Counted from the stretch's first letter, positions 53,143-62,367 are shown. The stretch is DNA of 64,000 bases from Candidatus Marinacidobacterium sp. (GCA_965220965.1 OZ244852.1:1408001-1472000), one strand, 5' to 3'. Translations and numbers: made by a program. The notes: generated by a model from the letters alone, not told the origin.

Positions 53143-53283
53143 AGCCTCGCCGCACCGCCGGTCCGGCCCCCACTCCGGTCGCTCCGCTCCCTCCGCGGCG
53201 GCCAGACCGAACTGTGCCATTTTCGGCGCCCAAATGTGTGCCATTTTCGATGCCCATTGACACTCGGATCCTTGCTGACTGGG

Positions 53284-53776
53284 GTGTCGCCGGGGTTCAC
53301 GCCCCGGCCTTCGTTGAGCGACGAAGGCATCGAACTCGGTCAGCTCGTCTGTCTCCCGTGTCGCCGGGGTTCACGCCCCGGCCTTCGTTGAGCGGGCGTG
53401 GAATGCTTGATTCCGGAGCATGGCGTCCGGGTCGTGTCGCCGGGGTTCACGCCCCGGCCTTCGTTGAGCGCCGAGGTCGGTTGATTCCGTCGTCGTGATG
53501 TAGTCGACGGGTGTCGCCGGGGTTCACGCCCCGGCCTTCGTTGAGCGCGGCCGCAACTCGCACAGGTCGAATCCCACTCCTCCCAAGGTGTCGCCGGGGT
53601 TCACGCCCCGGCCTTCGTTGAGCGCGGCCGCAACTCGCACAGGTCGAATCCCACTCCTCCCAAGGTGTCGCCGGGGTTCACGCCCCGGCCTTCGTTGAGC
53701 GCACGACAACCCGATGGCGGACCGCCTGACGGTCTGGGCGTGTCGCCGGGGTTCACACCCCAGCCTTCATTGAGCG
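53284..53776 (+). CRISPR. CRISPR array segment 2: 7 repeats flanked by partial spacers
   Basis: Same 37-bp repeat; the last copy is degenerate. Confidence 0.97.
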
Positions 53777-54034
53777 ACCGAATCCGCACGCTGTTGGCTG
53801 CACGGCAAGACTTCCCAGAAGTTGCAGACGAGAACTGCCCAGAAGTTGAACACGAGAACTGCCCAGCCGGGGAGGTCGGATTCGGTTGAGGCAAGGGGGG
53901 AGCGGAGGACCGCGCAATGGGGGCAGACTTGGGGGCGGGCCGGGGAGCAGCGGAGAGCGTGGGGCTTGCGGCCCGGTGAGGGAGACGTTGGCAGGTCGGG
54001 GACTGGACTCCTTGCCGCGGCCCGCGGAGAGACG

Positions 54035-55078
54035 ATGCATGGGCCAGAGAAGAGGGCGCGGTTCCAGGAGCTTCGGAAGACGGGGCTGAGCCGGAGGGCG
54101 ATCGCGCGGGAGCTCGGGGTGAGCAGAAGGACGCTGTATGTCTGGGAGCGGGAGGGGGCGTCGTGGTCGGGCCGGTCCCGGCCACGCCCGCCGGTGGCGA
54201 GCATCTTGGACCCGTTCAAGGAGCTGATCAGGGAGCGGCTGGCGCTGGCTCCGAGGCTGTCGGCGGAGCGGGTGTTCCAGGAGATCCGGGAGTACGGGTA
54301 CGTCGGGGGATACCGGCTGGTGAGCCGGTATGTGTCGGAGGTGCGTCCCCGGCGGAAGGAGGACCCGGTGGTCCGCTTCGAGACGAAGCCCGGGGTTCAA
54401 GGGCAAGTGGACTTCGCGACCTTCCGGTTCGCCTGGGGAGTCACGCATGCGGTGGTTGTGCTGCTGGGCTACTCGCGGATGCTGTGGTTCCGGTTCGTGG
54501 AGAGCCAGAAGCAGGAGGTTCTGATCCGGGGGCTGGAGGACGCGTTCGTGTTCTTCGGGGGTGTCCCTCAGGAGCTGCTGTTCGATCAGACGAAGGCGGT
54601 GGTGGTTCGGGACGAGCGCTCGCGGGGCGGGGAGCTGTTGAAGAACCGGGACTTCGAGCTGTTCGCGGAGCACTGGGGCTTCGCGATCCGGGCCTGCCGT
54701 CCGTATCGTGCGCGGACGAAGGGGAAGGTGGAGCGGGCGATCCGTTATCTGCGCGACGGCTTCGCGTATGCGCGGGAGTTCGCTTCGCTGGAGGATGCCA
54801 ACCAGCAGGCGCTGCGCTGGCTGGAGCAGGTCGGGAACCGGCGGGAGCTGAAGGCGCTGACCCGGGCGACGGGACGGAAGCAGACGCCGCTGGGGAGGCT
54901 CGAGGATGGGAGGCCGCATCTGATGCCGCTGATGTCGCGCCGGTGGCCGGGGTTGAGGCCGATGGTGTCCGAGGCGCGGCGGGAGGCTTCGGTGGGGACA
55001 GTGGGTTCCGGTGTTCCCCGTCGGGTGGTGGTGGAGCGTCGGCCTCTGTCGGAGTATGCCGAGCTGGCCGGGAGCTGA
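54035..55078 (+). CDS. istA: IS21 transposase IstA
   Basis: HTH SRRAIARELGVSRRT, RFETKPG, QVDF, LFDQTK and KGKVER. Confidence 0.92.
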   Translation: MHGPEKRARFQELRKTGLSRRAIARELGVSRRTLYVWEREGASWSGRSRPRPPVASILDPFKELIRERLALAPRLSAERVFQEIREYGYVGGYRLVSRYVSEVRPRRKEDPVVRFETKPGVQGQVDFATFRFAWGVTHAVVVLLGYSRMLWFRFVESQKQEVLIRGLEDAFVFFGGVPQELLFDQTKAVVVRDERSRGGELLKNRDFELFAEHWGFAIRACRPYRARTKGKVERAIRYLRDGFAYAREFASLEDANQQALRWLEQVGNRRELKALTRATGRKQTPLGRLEDGRPHLMPLMSRRWPGLRPMVSEARREASVGTVGSGVPRRVVVERRPLSEYAELAGS

Positions 55079-55081
55079 GCG

Positions 55082-55909
55082 ATGGCGCTGAAGACGATGA
55101 AGCCGGCGACGAGGCGGGAGCGGATCGCGGCGCAGCTGGTGGACCTGAAGCTTCCGGGAGCGCTGGAGGTTCTGGACCAGGTCCTGTCAGGACTTGACGG
55201 GGCGACGCTGAGCGGCGGGGAGGCGATCGAGGAGCTGCTGGGGGCACACATCGAGCTCCGGAACCGGCGGCGGCTGAAGGCGGCGGTGCGTTCGAGCCGG
55301 CTGCCGGCGATCAAGCGGCGGGAGGACTTCGTGATGAGCTTCCAGCCGTCGCTGAAGCCGGAGCAGATCGACTCGCTGTTCGAGCTGGACTTCCTGGACC
55401 GGCAGGAGAACGTGGTGTTCCTGGGCCCTCCGGGGGTTGGGAAGACGCACCTTGCGATCGCGCTGGCCGTGAAGGCTGCGGAGCAGGGCCGCCGGGTGTA
55501 CTTCGGATCGCTGAAGGATCTGGTGGAGTCGCTGGAGGAGGCTCGGGCGGCGGGACACTTGCGGCGGCGACTGAAGGTCCTGACCTATCCGCCGCTGCTG
55601 GTGGTGGACGAGGTGGGGTATCTGTCGCTGACGCGTGACGGAGCGGCGCTGTTCTTCCAGTTGATCAACGCGCGCTACGAGCGGGGCTCGACGGTGCTGA
55701 CGTCGAACAAGGGGTTCGAGGAGTGGGGGCAACTGCTGGGGGACGAGGTGATGACGGCGGCGCTGCTGGACCGCCTGGTGCACAAGTGCCACATCGTGAC
55801 CATCAGTGGGAACAGCTACCGGATGCAGGAGCACCGCGAGCTGGCGAAACGGCTGTGGCCAGGGCGGCTGGCGAACGCCGAGGGCGTGTCAACGGGAGGA
55901 GAGCGGTGA
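55082..55909 (+). CDS. istB: IS21 helper ATPase IstB
   Basis: GPPGVGKT, LLVVDEVGY, LTSNK and GNSYR. Confidence 0.95.
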   Translation: MALKTMKPATRRERIAAQLVDLKLPGALEVLDQVLSGLDGATLSGGEAIEELLGAHIELRNRRRLKAAVRSSRLPAIKRREDFVMSFQPSLKPEQIDSLFELDFLDRQENVVFLGPPGVGKTHLAIALAVKAAEQGRRVYFGSLKDLVESLEEARAAGHLRRRLKVLTYPPLLVVDEVGYLSLTRDGAALFFQLINARYERGSTVLTSNKGFEEWGQLLGDEVMTAALLDRLVHKCHIVTISGNSYRMQEHRELAKRLWPGRLANAEGVSTGGER

Positions 55910-56053
55910 GGCGCGGCGGCGGTTGGGAGGGCGGTGGCGTAGCGAGGGGCGGGGTCGAAACGCCGCCCTTCTACTCGCCGCGAGTAGCCCATACCCGACT
56001 CGTCTCAACCACCCCCAAGCAGCCGTCCCTCCTTTGACGACGTCCCGATCTCA

Positions 56054-56130
56054 TGTCAATGGGCACCGAAAATGGCACACATTTGGGCACCGAAAATGGC
56101 GCACTTCCGGGCGCCGAGGATGTCGCATGT
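56054..56130 (-). mobile_element. Orphan IS21 terminal repeat, an inverted near-copy of the element 1 right end
   Basis: TGTCAATGGGCACCGAAAATGGCACACATTTGGGCACCGAAAATGGCGCAC matches the reverse complement of about 53209-53262 with few mismatches. Confidence 0.88.
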
Positions 56131-56186
56131 CGGTCCAACCGAGGCGCAGGGCGGATCCATGGCGCGCTACCGCGGCGTGTGCGGTC

Positions 56187-56949
56187 CTGTCGCAGGGGTT
56201 CACACCCCGGCCTTCGTTGAGCGCAGTTGGCCCGGAGTCTCACGTATCGCGCGATCCGTGTCGCCGGAGTTCACACCCCGGCCCTCGTTGAGCATGCTAC
56301 GACGCGCACTCCCCCGGCAACCTGCCCGCGGTGTCGCCGGGGTTCACTGCCCCGGCCTTCGTTGAGCGCCGAACCACCACGTGACAGTCGTCGTGGCGAG
56401 GAAGGTGTCGCCGGGGTTCACGCCCCGGCCTTCGTTGAGCGGACGACAAGACGGAGGCGCTGGTCGACATGGCCGGTGGTGTCGCCGGGGTTCACTGCCC
56501 CGGCCTTCGTTGAGCGGGGTTGCTACCGATGGCGGCGAGGCCGCTGAGGAGAGTGTCGCCGGGGTTCACACCCCGGCCTTCGTTGAGCGTCCGCCACACT
56601 GGCCGGGACCCCGGCGCTCCGCGCCGTGTGTCGCCGGGGTTCACGCCCCGGCCTTCGTTGAGCGATGAAGTAGATTCCTTCCAACTGCCCCAACCCTCAG
56701 CATGTGTCGCCGGGGTTCACGCCCCGGCCTTCGTTGAGCGCGGCTGCGGCTGAGCGACATTCGGCCCATCGAGGATCTGGGTGTCGCCGGGGTTCACGCC
56801 CCGGCCTTCGTTGAGCGACCATCCACCGCCGCCTCCCCGACGGAGACGTGCGCCTGTGTCGCCGGGGTTGACCCCACGGCCTTCGTTGAGCGTGTCCGAC
56901 TCTGGCCAGGTGGGACGGGTGGCGCGTAAGAGGTGTCGCCGGGGTTCAC
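56187..56949 (+). CRISPR. CRISPR array segment 3: 10 repeats plus a 17-nt truncated repeat
   Basis: Same repeat; several variant copies, two with a T insertion. Confidence 0.96.
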
Positions 56950-56996
56950 TGTGGCGCGTCAATCAGGGTGAGACGCGCGCGTCAATCAGAATGAGC
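56950..56996 (+). mobile_element. Probable orphan IS terminus truncating the array
   Basis: Starts TGT exactly where the repeat breaks off and contains two copies of GCGCGTCAATCAG. Confidence 0.55.
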
Positions 56997-57024
56997 TCCT
57001 GACCAGGCCGGGGCCATCGCCAAC

Positions 57025-57327
57025 TCAGGACTCCGAACGCTCGCGCTCCCGGGAGAACCAGTCGTCCGCCTTCTTCAGGATCTCCACCTCCATCTTGAGC
57101 CGACGATGCTCCCTCCGCAGCCGCTGGATCTCCTTCCGGCCGGCACGCGTGTACCCGTCGCTTCGACGCTCCTCCTCACGATCCGCCTGGGCCACCCACC
57201 TGCGGATGGTCTCCGCGCTCGGCTCGAACTCGCGGGCCAGGTCCGCCGGGCTCCTTCCCCGCCGCGCCAGCTTGACGAGACGCTCCCGGTATTCCGCCGC
57301 GTACCGCTTCCCTGCGCCCGCGCCCAT
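57025..57327 (-). CDS. IS3 OrfA-like HTH protein (no OrfB)
   Basis: RYAAEYRERLV, LAREFEPSAETIRRWV and the coiled coil LRREHRRLKMEVEILKKA. Confidence 0.82.
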   Translation of the reverse strand: MGAGAGKRYAAEYRERLVKLARRGRSPADLAREFEPSAETIRRWVAQADREEERRSDGYTRAGRKEIQRLRREHRRLKMEVEILKKADDWFSRERERSES

Positions 57328-57339
57328 GTCGCCCTTCCT

Positions 57340-57678
57340 CTACCGCGCAGGCCCTGATGCGGAGACCCAGGGCATCGGCGCCACCGTGAACGTCCGCACG
57401 TCACGGACGCCGACACCAGCCCGGGCCGCGAGGCCCCGGACGGCGAGGCCCATCCGCACGGTCCAGGGCGAGCGGCGCGTCAGGAGGTACTGCCGGTCCG
57501 GCCCATCGGCGGTGGCCGCCTCCTCCAGATAGAGCTCCACCGCGGCCTGGAGGGACTCCCTGGCCTCGGGGTACGAGGCGCCACCCACGGCGAGGTCGAG
57601 ATCGGTGCAGAGGGCTTCCCAGCCGCCGGCCCGGTTCACGGCGGCGCAGCGGAAGCCCTGGGTCGGATGGGAGGCCAT
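57340..57678 (-). CDS. HicB-like antitoxin domain protein
   Basis: WEALCTDLDLAVGGASYPEARESLQAAVELYLE matches the HicB N-terminal pattern. Confidence 0.65.
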   Translation of the reverse strand: MASHPTQGFRCAAVNRAGGWEALCTDLDLAVGGASYPEARESLQAAVELYLEEAATADGPDRQYLLTRRSPWTVRMGLAVRGLAARAGVGVRDVRTFTVAPMPWVSASGPAR

Positions 57679-57768
57679 GGGAACGTCTGCGGTTGGCCGA
57701 TGCGGTGGCACGCTCAACCTCCGCTGAGCCTACGCTCCCATGTCCTCCCGGGGCGCGCGCCCTCCTCC

Positions 57769-59019
57769 TCAGTCGTCCGCCGCGACGAACTCCGGCCGCT
57801 GCCGGACGCTCGCCTCGGTGAACTCCTCTCCCCGGAACAGCCTCGGGTAGTAGTAGTTCCTGAGGGCGGCGTGGAAGTCGCGCACCCGCTGTTCATAGGC
57901 CAGCGCGGCCTCCATGTTCGTCCCCGCAAGGGCCTGGAGCGCGCGCTGTCCGAGCGCGGGCGGCGAGAGCCAGGCGAGCGCTGCGGCCAGCCGGTCGCGC
58001 CGGAGGCGTCCCTCGCGGTAGGCCTGCGAGAGGTCCTCGGCGGTCTGGTCGCCGACCTGCTGGAAGGCGTAGTACCAATGCCATTCGAACGGCTGGCTGA
58101 CCTCGGTGTAATCCGCCCACTCGGGATGGCGCTCGATGAAGGGATCCATCGTCGCGTCCTTCGGGAGGTCCCAGGCGTCGTTCACCGCCTCCCGCTGGGT
58201 CAGCATGATCTCGCCGCCGTCGGGGATCGGCGCGGCGGCCTCCACCGCGGGCCCGATGGCTGCGGGGACCACCACGGCGAACGCAAGCCAGACGCCGATG
58301 AGCGCGGTCAGGTTGACCGGGCTGCTCCAGCGGAACCGGTCCACGATCCTGCAGACGCCCCACCAGAACGCCATGTGCGCCGCCACCACGAGGCTGGCGA
58401 GCGCCAGCTTCCCGGCTTGTGTTCCGGCGAGCAGCCCACCGACCCAGAGGGGAACGATCAGGCAGATCGCCAGTCCGCCGACCCTCAGGGCCGCCCGCGC
58501 GAACCAGGGGCTGCCCCGGCTGGCCGCCGTGGCGCTCAGCAGCTCGTAGCGCCCCGCGGCGGTCTCCCGCGAACGCAGGTCATGCAGCAGGAGGACCAGC
58601 AGCAGCGGAGCCAGCAGGTTGGCGGCGAACGCGAAGTCGAAGCGCCCGATCAGCGCGAAGTCGGGATTGTTGGCGTCGGTCTCGTAGATCTGTCCTTCGA
58701 GCGCGAGCGCCCGGACCCGGTGCTTCCAGGGCGCCGTGTCGCGTTGGCCCAGCGCGGCGAAGGCCAGATCGGACGGCGGGTCCCAGGTCAGGTGGAAGGT
58801 GTAGTAGGCCGCCTCGCCCCAGTCCGGATGCCGTTCGATCTCGGCTTCCCGGTGGACGCGGTCCATTTCCATGAGATCGCTCAGGACGGCGCGCTGGGCG
58901 GCGACTTCGCGGAGTCCGAGAACCACGGAAAGCGCCCCCACAAGCAGCGCGATCCCGAGCCAAAGCAGCGCCGACCGGTCCTTCAGGAGGAACCGGAGCT
59001 CCCGCATCAGCCCGTTCAT
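57769..59019 (-). CDS. ABC transporter permease, DUF3526
   Basis: GEAAYYTFH, LAFAALGQRD, GRFDFAF and WYYAFQQVGD; ATGA coupling with the upstream gene. Confidence 0.85.
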   Translation of the reverse strand: MNGLMRELRFLLKDRSALLWLGIALLVGALSVVLGLREVAAQRAVLSDLMEMDRVHREAEIERHPDWGEAAYYTFHLTWDPPSDLAFAALGQRDTAPWKHRVRALALEGQIYETDANNPDFALIGRFDFAFAANLLAPLLLVLLLHDLRSRETAAGRYELLSATAASRGSPWFARAALRVGGLAICLIVPLWVGGLLAGTQAGKLALASLVVAAHMAFWWGVCRIVDRFRWSSPVNLTALIGVWLAFAVVVPAAIGPAVEAAAPIPDGGEIMLTQREAVNDAWDLPKDATMDPFIERHPEWADYTEVSQPFEWHWYYAFQQVGDQTAEDLSQAYREGRLRRDRLAAALAWLSPPALGQRALQALAGTNMEAALAYEQRVRDFHAALRNYYYPRLFRGEEFTEASVRQRPEFVAADD

Positions 59020-60455
59020 GGCTGGATCCTCCGCGCGGCGAGCATGCCGCCCAGGACCATCACCAGCATCCACGCGCTGAGCATCGCCGCGGGTGGCGCG
59101 GCGCGGGCCAGGCGCACGTCGGTCGCGGCGGGCTGAAAGTCGAACTCGTCGAGCACGCTCCAGTTCTCCGCCGGCATGCGGGTGCGCCGTTCCGATGCGT
59201 CGTCCACGCTGCGATTCATGTCATCGCTGTAGGTGAGCTGCTCGGCATGCACCCGATTCAGGCCCTGCACGAAATCGAACCGAACCGCCTCGGCTTCGCG
59301 CAGGAACCGGTGGTGGGTGGCGAGGTCGGTCCCCGACAGCGCGCGGGAGCCCGCCGATACCGCGACAACCGGTGACGCCCAGCCGAAGGTTCCGGCGAAG
59401 TCCGCCTGCTCGGCTTCGCGGGCCATGCGCCGTTCGGCGTGCCGGTTCATGACCTCCGTCAGATCCGCCTCGGCGATCTCGGACACGACCCCCCGGAAAT
59501 TGACCGGGAGGTCCTCCACCTGGTCGACGCCGTATTGCGCCAGCAGGTTGGCCTGAAGCTGCCGGAACTGCGGCGCGCCGGCGTAATGGCCATCACCGAC
59601 TTCGCGGAGTTCGTCCTGCATGCGCAGTTCGGTCTCGAGCGTCCCCGGCGCCGGGATGGCCGCGCTGGCGGACTCCACCGCGATGCGCGGGACGACCAGC
59701 GCGGCGCCCAGCCAGACCAGCGCCAGCACGCCGAGGGCGAGGCTGCGTGAACGGACCCGGGTCGACACCAGCAGGACGAGCGCGCCCCAGACGAGCAGGT
59801 AGAGCGCGTAGAGCCCGAAGAGGCCGGCGGTCGCGAGCGGCTCGGCGCCGCGCCCGGCGGCGACCGCGCCCATCACCGCAAGCGGCAGCAGCAGCACCAG
59901 CGCCAGACCGGCGAGGGCGATCCCCTTCCCCGCGTAGAGCTGAACGCCGGTCACGCCCTGCGCCAGCAGCGGCGTCAGCGTGTTCTCCTCGCGCTCGCGC
60001 AGGATCACGCCGTGACCGATGGCGATCAGCAGCAGCGGCACGAACAACTGGTAGACGAGCGCGCCGGTCAGCTCCTCGAACCCGCCGAGTTCGGCGCTCG
60101 CCCGCGCGTCGGCGAACATGGCGGTGTTCTGCCGGTGGCCTTCGAGGAACATCGACTGCCCGGTCACCGAGTCCACGCCGGGGTCGATCATGGCGAGGGG
60201 CGGCGGGACGCGGAACACGTAGTGCCCGTAATGCACCATCCGGTGCGGGTGGCGATCGGGCTGGGCCAGAAAGGTCTCTTCGGCGAGGGTCTGCTGCTGG
60301 GTGCGGGTCTCGTGCTGCTCGCTCATCCGGAGCGCGGTGAGAACGCTCGTCGAGGTCAGGAGCAGCGCAAAGACCACCAACCCGCCGAGCGCGAGCCGCG
60401 ACCGCAGCCACAGCCGCCATTCCGCCTGTGCGATTCCGAGGAGTGTGCTCATCAT
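59016..60455 (-). CDS. ABC transporter permease, DUF3526
   Basis: QPDRHPHRMVHYGHY, DPGVD, FLEGHRQN and LPVNFRG. Confidence 0.87.
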   Translation of the reverse strand: MMSTLLGIAQAEWRLWLRSRLALGGLVVFALLLTSTSVLTALRMSEQHETRTQQQTLAEETFLAQPDRHPHRMVHYGHYVFRVPPPLAMIDPGVDSVTGQSMFLEGHRQNTAMFADARASAELGGFEELTGALVYQLFVPLLLIAIGHGVILREREENTLTPLLAQGVTGVQLYAGKGIALAGLALVLLLPLAVMGAVAAGRGAEPLATAGLFGLYALYLLVWGALVLLVSTRVRSRSLALGVLALVWLGAALVVPRIAVESASAAIPAPGTLETELRMQDELREVGDGHYAGAPQFRQLQANLLAQYGVDQVEDLPVNFRGVVSEIAEADLTEVMNRHAERRMAREAEQADFAGTFGWASPVVAVSAGSRALSGTDLATHHRFLREAEAVRFDFVQGLNRVHAEQLTYSDDMNRSVDDASERRTRMPAENWSVLDEFDFQPAATDVRLARAAPPAAMLSAWMLVMVLGGMLAARRIQP

Positions 60456-61171
60456 GCCGCTGCGTGGGTGGCGAAGGCGGAGTGAACCGCTTCGGTGTCG
60501 ATCCGGTCGCTGCCCGATGGCCGGTCGAAGCTGCCGACGAGCTCGCCCTTCTGGAGAAGGTGGATCCGGTCGGCCACGTGACAGGCCCCGTAGACATCGT
60601 GGGTCACGAGCAGGATGGTCCGGCCGCTTTCGGCGAGGTCGCGGACCAGTCCGTTGAAGTCGTCGATCGCCGCCGGATCGAGGCCGGCGGTGGGCTCGTC
60701 GAGGAGCAGGATCGGCGCTTCCCGCAGGATGGCCAGCGCGATCGCCGCTTTCTGGCGCATGCCCTTCGAGTAGGTGGCCATGGGCTTGGCGCGGGCCTCG
60801 GGCTGGAGCGCCACCCGGTCGAGGGCCTCGTCGAGCGCTCGCCGGTCCGCCTCCTTCCCGGCCAGCGACAGGAAGTAGTCGAGATTCTCGTAGGCGTTCA
60901 GGTGGCCATACAGCGAGGTCGCTTCGGGCAGGTAAGCGACCACCCGCCGGACGGCGCTGACGTCGTCCCTCACGTCCCGGTCCTGAACGCTTGCGCTTCC
61001 GGACGACGGCTCGAGGAAGCCGAGGAAGGTCAGCAGGGTGGTGGACTTGCCGGCGCCGTTGCCGCCCAGCAGGGCGTGCACCTCGCCTTCGTCGATCGTG
61101 AAGGAAACGCCCTTCAGCACGGTCTGGCCCGAGCGCTTCACGTTGAGCGCCCGGGCGGCAAGGATGGGCAT
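60452..61171 (-). CDS. ABC transporter ATP-binding protein
   Basis: GGNGAGKST, YSKGMRQK, LLLDEPT and VTHD. Confidence 0.93.
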   Translation of the reverse strand: MPILAARALNVKRSGQTVLKGVSFTIDEGEVHALLGGNGAGKSTTLLTFLGFLEPSSGSASVQDRDVRDDVSAVRRVVAYLPEATSLYGHLNAYENLDYFLSLAGKEADRRALDEALDRVALQPEARAKPMATYSKGMRQKAAIALAILREAPILLLDEPTAGLDPAAIDDFNGLVRDLAESGRTILLVTHDVYGACHVADRIHLLQKGELVGSFDRPSGSDRIDTEAVHSAFATHAAA

Positions 61172-61206
61172 GATGCAGGACTCCGGATAAGTTCGAAACG
61201 GGGCGT

Positions 61207-62367
61207 TCAGAAGTAACTGAGCCAGGGTTTGTTGTGTTTCTCGCGGTGCTTGTAGGACGCGAACGCGGTCGCGATCGGATAGTGGATCAGCACCAGAACG
61301 ACGGCGCCGATCCAGATCCAGCCCACGCTGGCCAGACCAAAGCGCTCACCGTGGGTCGCGCCGAACAGCAGGAACAGCACCCAGTAGGCCGCGAGCAGGA
61401 CATAGAGGTGCACGACATACAGGAACATGGGCGCCAGGCCGAACGCCCGGATCGCGCCCAGCAGCCGGTTGCGGGCGTCGATCGACTCGACCCACGCCAG
61501 CAGCAGAAGACCGATGCCCAGCGTGACCATCAGATAGTTGGGCGACGGCGGATACTTGGTGAAGTTGAGGAACGACATCACCGTGGCGAGGAACGTCTCT
61601 CCCGCGGACCACAGCAACGTCTCGCCATAGAGGTTGAGACCCCGGAGAACGAGCAGGACGCCCAGACACGCGGAACCCGCCGCGATCAGCGCCTTGCGCC
61701 GCTTCCCGGGCGAAGACGACCGCGCATACAGCGGACCGGCCCAATAGCCCAGGAGAATGACGCCGAACCACGGGAGCGCCGGATACGAGAGGTTGATGGT
61801 CAGCCCGCCGATCTGCGCCAGGTCGCCCGGGTCGTGGAGGATGGTCCAGAGCACGTAGCCGATCCCGCCCGGTTCGAAGCTGATGGGCTCCAGAACGCTG
61901 TGGCCGAACGCCAGGAAGAGGCCCAGAGCGCCGATCGCCCAGGAACTCAACCGGCAGGCCAGCGAGAGCCCGATCAGGCACAGACCGATGACGAAGAGCA
62001 CCTGCAGGAACAGGAACGAGGGATAACTGTCGGCCCAGACCAGGTAGTAGAAGACCACCTCGATCCCGATGATGACGAGGCCGCGCTTCAGCAGGAAGGC
62101 GGAGGGCGACCGGTACGGACGGTCGGCGGGGTGGGCGTAGAGCCACGCCGAGAGGCCGGCCAGGAAGATGAAGATCGGCGCGGCGAAGTGGGTCAGGTAG
62201 CGGGTGAAGTAGAGGTCCGGTTCGATGAAGTCGAACATCGGATCGCCCGTTCGCGTGTGCATGTAGAAGCGCTCGCGAACGTGATCCAGCATCATCACGA
62301 GGATCGCGACGCCGCGCAGGACGTCGATCGACACGATCCGGCCCGCCGCCGGGATTGCGGCGCTCAC
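61207..62367 (-). CDS. DUF1624 membrane protein
   Basis: RIVSIDVLRG, MLDHVRE, THFAAP and FLNFTKYPPS; start uncertain (GTG 62367 or TTG 62451). Confidence 0.85.
   Translation of the reverse strand: MSAAIPAAGRIVSIDVLRGVAILVMMLDHVRERFYMHTRTGDPMFDFIEPDLYFTRYLTHFAAPIFIFLAGLSAWLYAHPADRPYRSPSAFLLKRGLVIIGIEVVFYYLVWADSYPSFLFLQVLFVIGLCLIGLSLACRLSSWAIGALGLFLAFGHSVLEPISFEPGGIGYVLWTILHDPGDLAQIGGLTINLSYPALPWFGVILLGYWAGPLYARSSSPGKRRKALIAAGSACLGVLLVLRGLNLYGETLLWSAGETFLATVMSFLNFTKYPPSPNYLMVTLGIGLLLLAWVESIDARNRLLGAIRAFGLAPMFLYVVHLYVLLAAYWVLFLLFGATHGERFGLASVGWIWIGAVVLVLIHYPIATAFASYKHREKHNKPWLSYF

Larger units (their letters stand above)
51122..53262 (+). mobile_element. IS21-family element 1 (2141 bp) inside the array
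   Basis: TG...CA ends TGTTGGCGGGCA and TGCCCATTGACA with internal repeated sub-terminal sites; carries istA and istB. Confidence 0.93.
53792..56053 (+). mobile_element. IS21-family element 2, right end not found
   Basis: Left end TGTTGGCTGCA with 24-nt direct repeats CCCAGAAGTTG...ACGAGAACTG; carries istA and istB; no matching inverted end downstream. Confidence 0.85.

Noticed and set aside
42904-55909. CRISPR-associated transposon (type I-G plus IstA/IstB)
   Set aside because: Cas3 helicase and HD motifs are intact, there is no TniQ, and the IS21 elements have their own termini and interrupt repeats and spacers.
55915-56000. Resemblance to a group II intron 3' end (domain VI-like CTACTCG and CCCATACCCGAC)
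   Set aside because: No recognisable domain V and no reverse transcriptase ORF.
49586-56932. Self-targeting spacers within the window
   Set aside because: No match noticed by eye; an exhaustive alignment was not possible.
49146-57002. Small ORFs such as VSPGFTPRPSLS and AGVHAPAFVER repeats
   Set aside because: They are translations of CRISPR repeats.
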